A stretch of DNA of 63,883 nucleotides, the filler included, from an uncultured Chlamydiae bacterium (GTDB lineage Bacteria > Chlamydiota > Chlamydiia > Chlamydiales > SM23-39): assembly GCA_937899275.1 (NCBI GenBank). It is 6 parts of 6 records of this genome, joined end to end, with 100 filler letters (N's around TTAATTAATTAA, not from the genome) between each part and the next. Parts side by side here need not be neighbours in the genome. Positions count along the whole stretch, not along the records: positions 40,398 to 54,991 come from CALBPE010000064.1; positions 55,092 to 60,161 come from CALBPE010000071.1; 4 more parts are not named here. One strand, 5' to 3'. Shown piece after piece: positions 49,468 through 59,343 of this stretch. The notes under the pieces are model-generated. The model did no database searches and had not been told where the DNA came from. It worked only from the letters and a program-made list of their open reading frames with translations. Each line of letters starts with the position of its first letter. The first letter of the stretch is position 1. A program made the position numbers and the translations under genes.

Positions 49468-51387
49468 ATGAAAAAGCAAAAAAAACCTTTTGGTTCTTGG
49501 AAATCTCCCTTTTCTTTACATGACTTAGTGCATAAAAAAGAAACGATTTCTTTTCCAAAAATAGCTCCCCGAGACTCTACCCTCTATTGGACGCTCAAGA
49601 CCGCATCGGGAAGAAAGACTATCTCTTCGATCAATACCCCCGACTTATTACCCCAAAATATGCGCCTTGGCACAAAGATTCATGAGTATGGAGGAGATGC
49701 CTATTTCCCGTATGATGAAGGGATTGTTTTTTCTTCTATTGAAGATGGACAGCTTTACTCATACCAAGGATCTCAACTAAAAAAAATCTCTAGATCAACA
49801 AAGGGAAAAACGCGCTACGCAGATGGCGCGTATGATCCTATACAAAAAAAATGGTACTTTGTTCGCGAAGAGCTAAAAGAAAAAACAGAGGAGCGCGCCA
49901 TCATTTGTATCGATATGGCGCGGGAGCCGATCAAAGAAGAAATCGTGGAACAAGGAGAGGATTTTTACGCCAATCCCACACTTTCTCCTGATGGAAAAAA
50001 GCTGGCATTTATTTCCTGGAATAAACCAGATATGCCATGGCAAAATACTACACTTTGGATCCGGGTAAAAAAAGAAGGATCTCAACAACACTTTGAAAAA
50101 AAAATGCGCATCGCAGGAGGAGGATCGGAAACAATTTTTCAACCTACATTTTCCTCTACAGGAGCTTTGTACTTTTTATCAGACCGCTCGGGCTTTTCTA
50201 ACCTGTATGTTTATCAAGAGGGTAAGGTAGTTTCTTTACATCAAGAAGACTATGAATTAGATCTACCTCAATGGATCTTTGGTCTTCGCACCTACGTTCT
50301 TTTAGAAGAACACATCGTTTGTATATACCGCGATCAAGGACAGGTCAAACTAGGAAAACTCAGCAGAGAAAAAGGCGCTATAGAGCCGATTTCTTTACCT
50401 ATTTCTTCTTATGATGGTCTGGTGAAAGGCCGCTCTTTTGTTTATTCTATTGCGAGCTTTCAAGATAAAGACCCAGCTTTAGTAGCTATTGACCTCCAAT
50501 CAAAGGTCCCTTCTTTTTCTTACGTGCAAAAGCCTCCTAGCATCTATCCTGCAAAAGATCGGTCGGTTGCAACCCCATTTTCTTGTCCTACAAAAAATGG
50601 AGAAAAGGTACATGGCTACTTTTATCCACCTATGCACTCTACTTGTGAAGGCATGGATGGGGAAAAACCTCCGGTGATTATGAAAATCCACAGCGGGCCT
50701 ACCGCTTCTTTTCAAGATACATTTTCTTTAGAAACACAATTTTGGACTTCAAGAGGATTTGCCTACATTTGTGTAAACTACAGGGGAAGTACCGGCTATG
50801 GCAGAACCTATCGCGAAAAGCTCTATGGAAAATGGGGAGAAATCGATGTGGATGATGCGGTAGATGCTTTGCAGTATTGGATTGATCAAGGCTGCGTTGA
50901 TCCAAAACGTACAGCGATTCGAGGAAGCTCTTCTGGCGGATATACAGCGCTTATGGCAGCTGTACATACAAATGCATTTCAAGCGGCGGTATCGTATTAC
51001 GGCATTTGTGATTTAGAAAGCCTTAGTGCAACTACACATGCATTTGAAAGCGGTTATAATGAGAGTTTAATTGGCCCTTACCCAGAAGAAAAAGAGAGGT
51101 ATTACAACAGATCTCCCATTCATTTTGTAGAGCGCACAAACAGCTCTTTTTTACTATTTCATGGAGAAAAAGATGTCGTTGTTCCAAAAGAGCAGTCAGA
51201 AAGGTTTGCAGATTCTTTAAAGGCGCATGGTAAACAAGTCGAGCTCTATCTTTTTCCTGAACAAGGGCATGGGTTTACCGATCCTTTTGTCCGAAAACAG
51301 GCGCTTTTATTAGAGCTTGCCTTCTATCAAAAGTTATGGGGCATACCAAAAACACCAGAAACACCAAAAATACAAGGAGAAAAGTAA
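49468..51387 (+). CDS. S9-family peptidase (acylaminoacyl/dipeptidyl peptidase)
   Basis: PFGSWKSP, HEYGG, HSGPT, VNYRGSTGYG, GSSSGG nucleophile, GEKDVVVP, QGHGF. Confidence 0.93.
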   Translation: MKKQKKPFGSWKSPFSLHDLVHKKETISFPKIAPRDSTLYWTLKTASGRKTISSINTPDLLPQNMRLGTKIHEYGGDAYFPYDEGIVFSSIEDGQLYSYQGSQLKKISRSTKGKTRYADGAYDPIQKKWYFVREELKEKTEERAIICIDMAREPIKEEIVEQGEDFYANPTLSPDGKKLAFISWNKPDMPWQNTTLWIRVKKEGSQQHFEKKMRIAGGGSETIFQPTFSSTGALYFLSDRSGFSNLYVYQEGKVVSLHQEDYELDLPQWIFGLRTYVLLEEHIVCIYRDQGQVKLGKLSREKGAIEPISLPISSYDGLVKGRSFVYSIASFQDKDPALVAIDLQSKVPSFSYVQKPPSIYPAKDRSVATPFSCPTKNGEKVHGYFYPPMHSTCEGMDGEKPPVIMKIHSGPTASFQDTFSLETQFWTSRGFAYICVNYRGSTGYGRTYREKLYGKWGEIDVDDAVDALQYWIDQGCVDPKRTAIRGSSSGGYTALMAAVHTNAFQAAVSYYGICDLESLSATTHAFESGYNESLIGPYPEEKERYYNRSPIHFVERTNSSFLLFHGEKDVVVPKEQSERFADSLKAHGKQVELYLFPEQGHGFTDPFVRKQALLLELAFYQKLWGIPKTPETPKIQGEK

Positions 51388-51395
51388 AAAAAGTT

Positions 51396-52070
51396 ATGTA
51401 TACAGAACTGGTATTTATACTTCATATTGTTTTATCAGCAGGTTTTCTCCTTTTTTCTGCACGACTTGGAAAAGAGTGTTTGATTGCGTTTTTAAGCCTA
51501 TCTGCTGTATTAGCCAATCTTTTTGTTACCAAAGAGATGACGCTATGTTCGCTTACGGTTACTTGTTCTGATGTCTATGCAGTACAAGCGATATTAGCTC
51601 TAAATTATTTGCAAGAGTACTACGGAAAAAAAGCTGCAGAAAAAGCCAGTGTTATTGGGTTTATCTGTCTCGTGTTTTTTGCGGTGATGGCAAAAATGCA
51701 TCTTGCCTACCCTCCGTCCATTTACGATAGCGCATCGGACGCTTTTGCGAGGATACTTGTTTCTACTCCCCGTATTGTTCTTGCCTCTATTACTACATTT
51801 TTTCTAGTGCAGCGCTTGGATATTGTGTTTTTTCGTCTACTACAAAACTGGCTGAAGGGGAAGTATTTTCCTATTAGAGCAGGACTATCGATGATGGTTA
51901 GTCAAACGCTAGATACCACACTTTTTGCATTTTTAGGACTATACGGCATTGTGCATCATATCGGTCATGTAATTATGGTATCGCTTTTTGTGAAAATTCT
52001 TGTGATTTGGTTGAGCGCTCCTTTTACTACGCTTTCAGGGCGTTTTTTGGGAGAAAAAAGTCATGTTTGA
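51396..52070 (+). CDS. yhhQ: Queuosine precursor transporter (YhhQ/VUT family)
   Basis: ANLFVTK, EYYGKK, PRIVLAS, QRLDI, R..LS..VSQTLDT..F; overlaps the tgt start. Confidence 0.88.
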   Translation: MYTELVFILHIVLSAGFLLFSARLGKECLIAFLSLSAVLANLFVTKEMTLCSLTVTCSDVYAVQAILALNYLQEYYGKKAAEKASVIGFICLVFFAVMAKMHLAYPPSIYDSASDAFARILVSTPRIVLASITTFFLVQRLDIVFFRLLQNWLKGKYFPIRAGLSMMVSQTLDTTLFAFLGLYGIVHHIGHVIMVSLFVKILVIWLSAPFTTLSGRFLGEKSHV

Positions 52071-53181
52071 AGTTGTATATCAATCAAAAAAATCTAGAGC
52101 GCGTCTCGGAAAAATTACAACAGCCCATGGCGTGATTGATACGCCAAACTTTGTTGCTGTGGGAACTAATGGCACGATTAAAGCGCTAGATACCCATATG
52201 GTGGAATCGATCGGCCTACAGCTTTTATTTTGTAATACCTACCATTTAATGCTACAACCTGGCGCAGATGTGGTAGCAAAAGCAGGAGGTTTACATAAAT
52301 TTATGGGTAGATCTCAGCCGATCATCACCGATTCGGGGGGATTTCAGGTTTTTTCTCTTTTATATGGGTCTGTTGCAAGCGAGTTAAAAAGTCAGGGGAA
52401 ATCGATTTCCAGAAATATGGTATTAAAGATCACTGAAGAAGGCGTTTTATTCCGTTCTTATCGAGATGGAAGAGCGCTTCACCTCACTCCAGAATCCTCC
52501 GTAGAAGCCCAAAAAAAACTAGGAGCAGATATCATCATTCCTTTTGATGAACTTCCCCCTTACCATACTCCACTGCAAAAGCTATCTTCTTCTTTAGACC
52601 GCACGCACCGTTGGGAAAAACGCTCTTTAGATGCGCATAAAAAAGACCCTCAACACCAATTGATGTATGGAGTGGTGCATGGGGGACTCGATCCTGTTTT
52701 GCGAAAAAAAAGCTGCCTTTATTTAAGCGATCTTCCGTTCGATGGCTTAGCTATTGGGGGAAGTTTTGGAAAAACTAAAGAAGAGATGCATCAGATGTTG
52801 CAACATCTGATGCCCTATATGCCTCAGCACCTGCCCAACCATCTTCTTGGTATAGGAGATCTGCCTTCGATATTTAAAGGGATTGCTTTGGGTATCGATA
52901 CATTTGACAGCTCCTATCCCACAAAAGCTGCAAGACATGGGCTTCTTTTCACAAAAAATGGACCTGTGAAAATTGGACAAAGCCGCTACAAGCTGCAAAT
53001 GTCTGCTGTCGATCCAGACTGCTCTTGTCATACCTGTACACATTTTACAGCGGCTTATTTACACCATTTATTTAAAGCACATGAGCTCACTGCATATAGC
53101 CTCGCTTCGATCCATAACCTCCATTTTATGGTTAAAACTTTAGAAGAATGTAGAAAAAAAATTGCGCAGGATGCGCTTTAG
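52063..53181 (+). CDS. tgt: tRNA-guanine transglycosylase
   Basis: ARLG, TPNFVAVGT, NTYHL, TDSGGFQVFSL, HLLGIG, GIDTFD, CSCHTC...HN zinc site. Confidence 0.96.
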   Translation: MFEVVYQSKKSRARLGKITTAHGVIDTPNFVAVGTNGTIKALDTHMVESIGLQLLFCNTYHLMLQPGADVVAKAGGLHKFMGRSQPIITDSGGFQVFSLLYGSVASELKSQGKSISRNMVLKITEEGVLFRSYRDGRALHLTPESSVEAQKKLGADIIIPFDELPPYHTPLQKLSSSLDRTHRWEKRSLDAHKKDPQHQLMYGVVHGGLDPVLRKKSCLYLSDLPFDGLAIGGSFGKTKEEMHQMLQHLMPYMPQHLPNHLLGIGDLPSIFKGIALGIDTFDSSYPTKAARHGLLFTKNGPVKIGQSRYKLQMSAVDPDCSCHTCTHFTAAYLHHLFKAHELTAYSLASIHNLHFMVKTLEECRKKIAQDAL

Positions 53182-53182
53182 A

Positions 53183-54991
53183 TTAAAATGTCCAACCGCC
53201 CTTAACAAATAATTGATGCACTTGGTAGTCATGCGCCATTTCTCCTAGATACGATGTAGATATTTGCAGCTGGTCTTTTTCGTAGACGACTTCAAAACTA
53301 GGAGAGAAAAAGCTTTTACTCTTACTTAGCGTATGCACTTGCAGAACAGGGACATCATCTCGAAAATCTGCTAACCTTGATGATCTTCTTCCTTTTTCTA
53401 AAGGAGTTTTGCATACCCAACTCACAGAGCCGCGAAGCTGCAGACAGCAGGGGAAAATGCCGATTACATGTTCCCACTTCCCTCCAAACTCTGAGCGGAG
53501 ATAATGGCTATCTTTTTTGAAGACAAATAGATCTAATGCACCAGCGTTTTGCTCTAGAAATTCTGTTTCGTAGAGGTAGTTGTAGTCCATTTCTCCAAAT
53601 ACAAAAAGGTGTTTTTCTGGAAAGCATTCTTGGCTAAAGGCAAAATGTCCTGTAGCAAATGCTCCTGTGCGCCGTCCATAGGCCTCTCTTCTGATGCTAG
53701 CAAAGTTAATGTTTCTTTTGGTATCGAGGTGATCTGCCCCTGCAATAACCGATGCGTGTGTAGAAAGACCTCTATAATGACCGCTTGTATAGAAAGAGCC
53801 GTAAACCCGGTGGTTATCAGATCTTCCAGCAAGCTGGTCCCATTTCAGAGCAGTAAAATCATAACCCGCAGCGATACCGACAAGAGTATCTGGTAATCCT
53901 ACATAGTCGTAACCTGCTAGTACTCCCCGCGTTTTTGCGCATGCACCGCGCACTTCTCCCAATACTCCTGTTTCTGTCACGCTACCGTAGGGACTCATCC
54001 AAAAGTGATTTTTTTTCTCCCACCCTTCAACCTCCTCTAAAGGGCATAGTCTACGCGCTTTTTGTTCTAATTGCGACGCTGCCCAGTGGTTGAGATCAAG
54101 GTTGATGAGGGGAAAGATCCCAAAAAGCGCTGGATTCAGTAAATTTAGCGCCTGGTCTAGTTCCTCTCCACTTAATGTATTGAGCGCAATAATTACATCG
54201 ACGATATCTCCTTCTGTGGGGTAATTGAGGAGGTTGAGGTAGTCATTTGTTCTAGAAGGATTGCCAGGAGCAATGATCCTTGTGCCAAATATGGGAGCAA
54301 CAATTGCCGTACTACCGGCAATGAGTCTGGCAATGGTGCCGTCTTCTGCAAGAAATGCTGTTAGCTCACAGCCATTTGGAAAATTTTGACTAGACCATAA
54401 TTGATTGATCCCCCCATTTGCTGTTAGGATATCAAATGTAGTGCCTTCAGGTATCACGCCGCAGTGAAAGATCACATTGAGTATAGCGCCATCTTCGATG
54501 GTAGCAGAGCCTCCTACAATGAGCTTATCGTTCATCATATCTTCAATTTCTACTTCGTAGACAACGCCGCTACCTTGAACATAATTTCCTTCAATTTGTA
54601 TGGTGCCGATCGATTCTCCTGGCGCAATTACTGAACTATTTTGTGCAGATAAGCTTTTATACGTGCCGTTTCCCTTTACAGTGCCTTTATTGATTGTAGT
54701 GGGTCCAAAATTACCTGAACCGGTTAGTAATGTTGTGATATCTGCATTTGCGGGATTTACACTGATCGTTGTATTCGCAAGTGAGCCAGAAGAGCTGATA
54801 TTAAGCGTTCCTTCTACTACAGTTAAGGTGTTAGAAAATGCGCTATTATTTCCAGAGATGACTAAAGACCCAGCTCCTTCTTTTGCAAAGTTTCCACCAG
54901 AAAAAGTATTTGGAAGGGTAAGATCAGCGCCCGATCCGACGGAGAAAGTGGGCGTTTTTCCACTTACCGCTGCATTGGAAAATGTGAGGGA
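53183..54991 (-). CDS. Second autotransporter, C-terminal passenger and beta-barrel (5' truncated by contig end)
   Basis: The frame is open upstream of 54538 to the gap (FAKEGAGSLVISGNN...APGESIGTIQIEGNYVQG); barrel motifs GVLAGYD, VGIAAGY; terminal aromatic GGWTF. Confidence 0.9.
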   Translation of the reverse strand, partial: SLTFSNAAVSGKTPTFSVGSGADLTLPNTFSGGNFAKEGAGSLVISGNNSAFSNTLTVVEGTLNISSSGSLANTTISVNPANADITTLLTGSGNFGPTTINKGTVKGNGTYKSLSAQNSSVIAPGESIGTIQIEGNYVQGSGVVYEVEIEDMMNDKLIVGGSATIEDGAILNVIFHCGVIPEGTTFDILTANGGINQLWSSQNFPNGCELTAFLAEDGTIARLIAGSTAIVAPIFGTRIIAPGNPSRTNDYLNLLNYPTEGDIVDVIIALNTLSGEELDQALNLLNPALFGIFPLINLDLNHWAASQLEQKARRLCPLEEVEGWEKKNHFWMSPYGSVTETGVLGEVRGACAKTRGVLAGYDYVGLPDTLVGIAAGYDFTALKWDQLAGRSDNHRVYGSFYTSGHYRGLSTHASVIAGADHLDTKRNINFASIRREAYGRRTGAFATGHFAFSQECFPEKHLFVFGEMDYNYLYETEFLEQNAGALDLFVFKKDSHYLRSEFGGKWEHVIGIFPCCLQLRGSVSWVCKTPLEKGRRSSRLADFRDDVPVLQVHTLSKSKSFFSPSFEVVYEKDQLQISTSYLGEMAHDYQVHQLFVKGGWTF

Positions 54992-55091
54992 NNNNNNNNN
55001 NNNNNNNNNNNNNNNNNNNNNNNNNNNNNNNNNNNTTAATTAATTAANNNNNNNNNNNNNNNNNNNNNNNNNNNNNNNNNNNNNNNNNNNN
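54992..55091. other. Artificial contig linker
   Basis: N-run / TTAATTAATTAA / N-run. Confidence 0.98.
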
Positions 55092-55209
55092 GTTCCAACG
55101 CAAATCCAATAGCAGATCAAAAAAAACCTCCCAAGAATCAGACAACCGGATCTAGTTCCAACGCAAATCCAATAGCAGATCAAAAAAAACCTCCCAAGAA
55201 TCAGACAAC
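55092..55209 (+). repeat. 63-bp tandem repeat (21 aa), at least two copies, cut by the contig start
   Basis: gttccaacgcaaatccaatagcagatcaaaaaaaacctcccaagaatcagacaac at 55092 and 55155. Confidence 0.92.
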
Positions 55210-56098
55210 AGGCATACCACAACAGTTTGGCAGTTCGATACAATCCAAACCCACCAGCTCGCGACTGGATACGGTAACTCCCCCCCCAAAAACCGGAGGA
55301 GATATTCGTTTAAAGCCAGACGCTCCTCCCTCTACACATGTAGCACCAGACAAAAAAAGCAATCGATCTGATGGATCTGATAGCGATGCAACAGCATCAA
55401 GTAAAACCACAGTTCGTCCGCAACAAAATATTCGTTTAAACCCAGACGCTCCTCCTCCTCTAGACTTAAGACCAGACGAAAAAAGCAATCGATCTGATAG
55501 CTACGCAAAAGCATCAAGTCAGAATATAGCGCCTCCTTTTAGTCCTAAAGATATGCCTGAGGATTTTTGGAAAGAGATAGGTGTACCAAAAGATATTAAT
55601 CCTAATAAAGATCGTCAGATCGAATGCCTGAAGCTTTGCATGGCAAAATTATTCCTCATCAACGAAGAGTTGCAAAAAAGAATTGAAGCAATGGAAAAAA
55701 AAGATGGAACGCAAAATATAACAGCCGTCATGCAGGAAACACAAGATATTAAACTGAAAACTGCTATCGCTGAAAGAGACGCCGCTCTCGCTAAACTGAA
55801 AACTGCTATCGCTGAAAGAGATGAAGCTATTAATGCACAACAAGCAGCCGAGACCGCAAGACAAGCAGCCGAGACCGCAAGACAAGCAGCCGTGGCAGAC
55901 CTCAACAATATTCAACAAACTGTTAACAATAAAGATCGAGAAATTAGAAGGTTAAGAAACGAAATCGCCGCGCTAAAACGTAAAATATATTACCGTTCTT
56001 ATCCGTTGGGTACAATAGGAAGATATCTTGATCAGTTCACATTTGTTCAACTGCATAATTTCGGTTTACTCGTCTCTCAATTATGTAGTAGGAAATAG
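55094..56098 (+). CDS. 5'-truncated repeat-rich protein (Pro/Ser-rich disordered region followed by a coiled coil)
   Basis: The frame is open from the contig start into the 55553 ORF: SNANPIADQKKPPKNQTTGS x2, IRLKPDAPP..PDKKSNRSD x2, LKTAIAERD x2, QAAETAR repeats. Confidence 0.85.
   Translation, partial: SNANPIADQKKPPKNQTTGSSSNANPIADQKKPPKNQTTGIPQQFGSSIQSKPTSSRLDTVTPPPKTGGDIRLKPDAPPSTHVAPDKKSNRSDGSDSDATASSKTTVRPQQNIRLNPDAPPPLDLRPDEKSNRSDSYAKASSQNIAPPFSPKDMPEDFWKEIGVPKDINPNKDRQIECLKLCMAKLFLINEELQKRIEAMEKKDGTQNITAVMQETQDIKLKTAIAERDAALAKLKTAIAERDEAINAQQAAETARQAAETARQAAVADLNNIQQTVNNKDREIRRLRNEIAALKRKIYYRSYPLGTIGRYLDQFTFVQLHNFGLLVSQLCSRK
55750..55891 (+). repeat. 42-bp and 21-bp in-frame tandem repeats in the coiled coil
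   Basis: taaactgaaaactgctatcgctgaaagaga x2 with 42-bp period; acaagcagccgagaccgcaag ~x2.5 with 21-bp period. Confidence 0.9.
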
Positions 56099-56326
56099 CC
56101 TAAATAAGGAAAGAACCATTTAAAACTAAAAATTTCAACCGTCTTATCCTCCTCTATTTTGATTATAGGGGAGGATTTTTTTAATTCATGGCTACAGTCT
56201 AAATGTTTGAGCTTTTTCACTATTTTACACAGAATTCTATTTACTAGACTTTTTAGAATAATATGAATAAGATACAGCATTTTTATCGACTTATCAAAAA
56301 GTCAGAAAAACACGTGAAACCAACGT

Positions 56327-59248
56327 ATGCAAAGCGTCCCTCGTAGTTCGGATCCTAGTTATCACCATCTATTTGCCAACCCATATTTAGTCACAATAAC
56401 TTGTGGGTATATTGGTGAACTCGAACCTATCGAGAGTGTAGCTAAAATATTACACCCAGAAGAAAAAGAAGGCGCTCTTTACAAAATTCTTAAACCCATT
56501 AAGAATTTAAGTTACCTACAATTACCAGGAGATCGTCTAGAAGATGATCTTGTGCTCAATATATTTAAACAAGTAAGAGCATCTTTAGAACCGATACCCT
56601 ATTCCCGTTTTTATTCGATAGAAACATGGTTACATGAGCATAAATCTTTAGACACTGCTCCTAACCTGGCATCTCTATTTCGCAATTTAGAAACCCAGTG
56701 TATAAAGCGTGAAAATGGATTTGTCACCGTCTATCCTCGTATATTAGAAGTTTTTCGTAGTACGCTAAATATGCGTATATTTCCGTGGAACGACGACATC
56801 ATAGGTATTGTTAAGGCACAGGACGCTGGAATAAACTGGGCGAAATACAACCATACAATAAAAACCTTAGAAACCTTAAAAACAACTCAAGGAGATGCTA
56901 ATCAAGAGACTTTAAAGAAGGCGCTTACCGTTATGCAAGACATCCTACAAGTGGCGAGCGCTTACGTTACAACAACGCATCCTTTTTTAACAGAGCGAGA
57001 AAGGAAATCGTGGTCTTCTATGAAACATTGCGCAGAAGTTAGAATAGGAATTATTACCAATGAAATACCACAAGTCGCATTTGAAGCAACTATTCAACCT
57101 ATTTTAGACAAAATATCTCCCTTAATCGATAGTCTAGATAAGACTATGGAAAGGGTCACAAAGCTATCAAAAAACTTGAAAAAAACTGATATGGAGATAT
57201 TTATTCTCGATTTTTCAAAAGCTAAAAGCAAATTGAAGGAGATTCAGGGATTATTATCTTTCATAAGTAATAGTTTAAAAAAAGCCCAAAAAAACTCATC
57301 TCAAAAAAAAATTTACGCTGGCGATAGTTATCGTGACTTCTTCCGCCGCTCAACTAAGCATTCTGATGAACTAAATCTCATTGCAAAAACAATTATAGAT
57401 CACAAACTAAAAACATTACAGGAGCCTTTTCTTCAAGTATCAGAAGGCGTAGAAATTCTACAAAAAACCCCGCAAGACACCACTGTAGATCAAAAAGAGA
57501 TCCCTAAAGAGCTAAACCAAATCAAACAGACCCTTGAGCAATTACAAACAATGTATTCTGGTTATCATTCTGATCTTAATAAAGCCTCCGTTAAGATAAA
57601 CAACCTCCTTATAGAATACGCTCTTACTCAAGCTCTCTACCCTGCAATCGCTAAAATTGAACAAGACCTAAAAACTCTACAAAAAAAACAGCAAGACCCT
57701 AAAGTAAATACAGAGCCGCTGCAAAAGAAGATCCATGAAAATATCCAGCTTGTATACGAAGAGCTGCGTAAGGTTCAGGAACGCTATCCAAACTATAGGT
57801 CCACAGCTCACGAAAAATTCCGTTCTCTTGAAGGGGATTTTTTATCAATAGGAGATACAATACTCCAAGATAGGATCCCTATCTGGCTAGAAAGTACCAT
57901 AAAAGATATCGAGCTACTAGAGGGAAAAAGATGGCATCCAGATTTTGATACTCCTACATTTCAGAAGAAGATCAAACGTCAGTTAATGCAATTAGATGCC
58001 ATTGAAAGCTCCATGAAAATACTCAGTAGAAACGATTTCTCCTTGAGTTTCTCACATGACTCTGCCAGTACTAAAGCATATTATAAGCTGTATACGGCTA
58101 TCAAAGCTCTTCGAGCAATCGATCAAGTTAAAGACTATATGCTAGATCTTCAGCCTGCAATAAAAAGCCTCTTAGCGCCAAACTTAAGCAGTGAAAAAGA
58201 TAAAGAAACACATAAAAAAGAATTAATCACAATCTTTGTTCAAGCAGCTTATTTAGCAAGCTCTACTGGAAACCCCTTTGGAAACACCTTTGACGATATA
58301 AAGAAGAGCTCTCCTTACAATTGGCCTGGCATGCATTATTTCAGCAAGACTTTAAAAACCGCGCATTTTACCCTTTCTAAGCTATGGGCTTATAAACAGG
58401 TTCCTTTACTTTTACACCAGATGATGCAGCCTTCTTTTCTCGCTCAATTCAATCAAACTCAGCTAGATACTATGATAGAAGCTACTCTATCTTCTAAAAC
58501 CTATGACCTAATCGACCCTAAAACCAATCAAAAGGTATCTATCTTAGAAAATCTCCTTGAGTACTGCCCTAAAAATCAGCGGATAGAAAAGATCCATAAT
58601 CTATTGATCCAACATCCATTAAAGTTATTTGCTCAAGGGATGTTTACCTCTAGTATCACAAAACAACCTTCTGATTTTCACTGGCTGATCATCTTTTCTC
58701 AATTACTCTATGCCTCGTACAATAAAAACCATTCTTTGATAAAAAAACTCTGTCAAAACAGACCTGGATTATCTACACAGATCTTAAAATATGCAGCCAT
58801 CACTATCGGCATTATCCACCGCTTATTTATCAGCACTTTTCATGTGGTGGGAGCTCTAGTAAGTATTCCTTTGTATTTGATAGCCGCAGCAGTTCATTTA
58901 TTGCCCAAAAGGTTTATGATACAAAAGGCTGCTTTCTGGTTATTTTGTATTGTTCCTTTCATTCCTATAGGCTACCCCATCGGACTTGCAAATACTATCG
59001 TCTCGGCAACCCGCTCAACCGTTCAATCTACCTTATCTCAGCTATTTGCCCGGTATTTCCATAAAAACCCTAGAAAACAACTACCTACCGCTTTTCTTTT
59101 GATCAAAAGCGCCGCTCTTTTCATTTTGCTTGCACCTATATTTTTCATCCATGCAGGCGCTGCACATGCACAAAGTGGGCTCAACCGCATGACCGATATC
59201 TTCCCCTCTTTTATCCGAAAAATCCGGCGTAAAATACAATCTTCTTGA
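56327..59248 (+). CDS. 973-aa hypothetical protein: coiled-coil core, C-terminal hydrophobic segments
   Basis: Long ORF whose N-terminal ~200 aa resemble the next ORF; three hydrophobic stretches in the last ~150 aa. Confidence 0.88.
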   Translation: MQSVPRSSDPSYHHLFANPYLVTITCGYIGELEPIESVAKILHPEEKEGALYKILKPIKNLSYLQLPGDRLEDDLVLNIFKQVRASLEPIPYSRFYSIETWLHEHKSLDTAPNLASLFRNLETQCIKRENGFVTVYPRILEVFRSTLNMRIFPWNDDIIGIVKAQDAGINWAKYNHTIKTLETLKTTQGDANQETLKKALTVMQDILQVASAYVTTTHPFLTERERKSWSSMKHCAEVRIGIITNEIPQVAFEATIQPILDKISPLIDSLDKTMERVTKLSKNLKKTDMEIFILDFSKAKSKLKEIQGLLSFISNSLKKAQKNSSQKKIYAGDSYRDFFRRSTKHSDELNLIAKTIIDHKLKTLQEPFLQVSEGVEILQKTPQDTTVDQKEIPKELNQIKQTLEQLQTMYSGYHSDLNKASVKINNLLIEYALTQALYPAIAKIEQDLKTLQKKQQDPKVNTEPLQKKIHENIQLVYEELRKVQERYPNYRSTAHEKFRSLEGDFLSIGDTILQDRIPIWLESTIKDIELLEGKRWHPDFDTPTFQKKIKRQLMQLDAIESSMKILSRNDFSLSFSHDSASTKAYYKLYTAIKALRAIDQVKDYMLDLQPAIKSLLAPNLSSEKDKETHKKELITIFVQAAYLASSTGNPFGNTFDDIKKSSPYNWPGMHYFSKTLKTAHFTLSKLWAYKQVPLLLHQMMQPSFLAQFNQTQLDTMIEATLSSKTYDLIDPKTNQKVSILENLLEYCPKNQRIEKIHNLLIQHPLKLFAQGMFTSSITKQPSDFHWLIIFSQLLYASYNKNHSLIKKLCQNRPGLSTQILKYAAITIGIIHRLFISTFHVVGALVSIPLYLIAAAVHLLPKRFMIQKAAFWLFCIVPFIPIGYPIGLANTIVSATRSTVQSTLSQLFARYFHKNPRKQLPTAFLLIKSAALFILLAPIFFIHAGAAHAQSGLNRMTDIFPSFIRKIRRKIQSS

Positions 59249-59343
59249 TTTTTTGCAGTAGTAAGTTTAAATTATTTAAAATATTTTTCAATTTTTTATA
59301 AATACTACAAATATATAACACCGAAAATCAAAGGAGGCTTCTT

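Noticed and set aside
40398..54991. Contig is a circular element splitting one autotransporter
   Set aside because: Both ends contain the same homologous region with different sequences, so they are two paralogues. The contig also carries tRNAs and chromosomal genes.
55092..55209. CRISPR array
   Set aside because: The unit is a 63-bp head-to-tail coding repeat in an open frame, with no unique spacers and no cas genes.
55280..55287. Poly-C tract as a phase-variation switch
   Set aside because: It is only 8 C, encodes prolines in a Pro-rich region, and the frame is intact.
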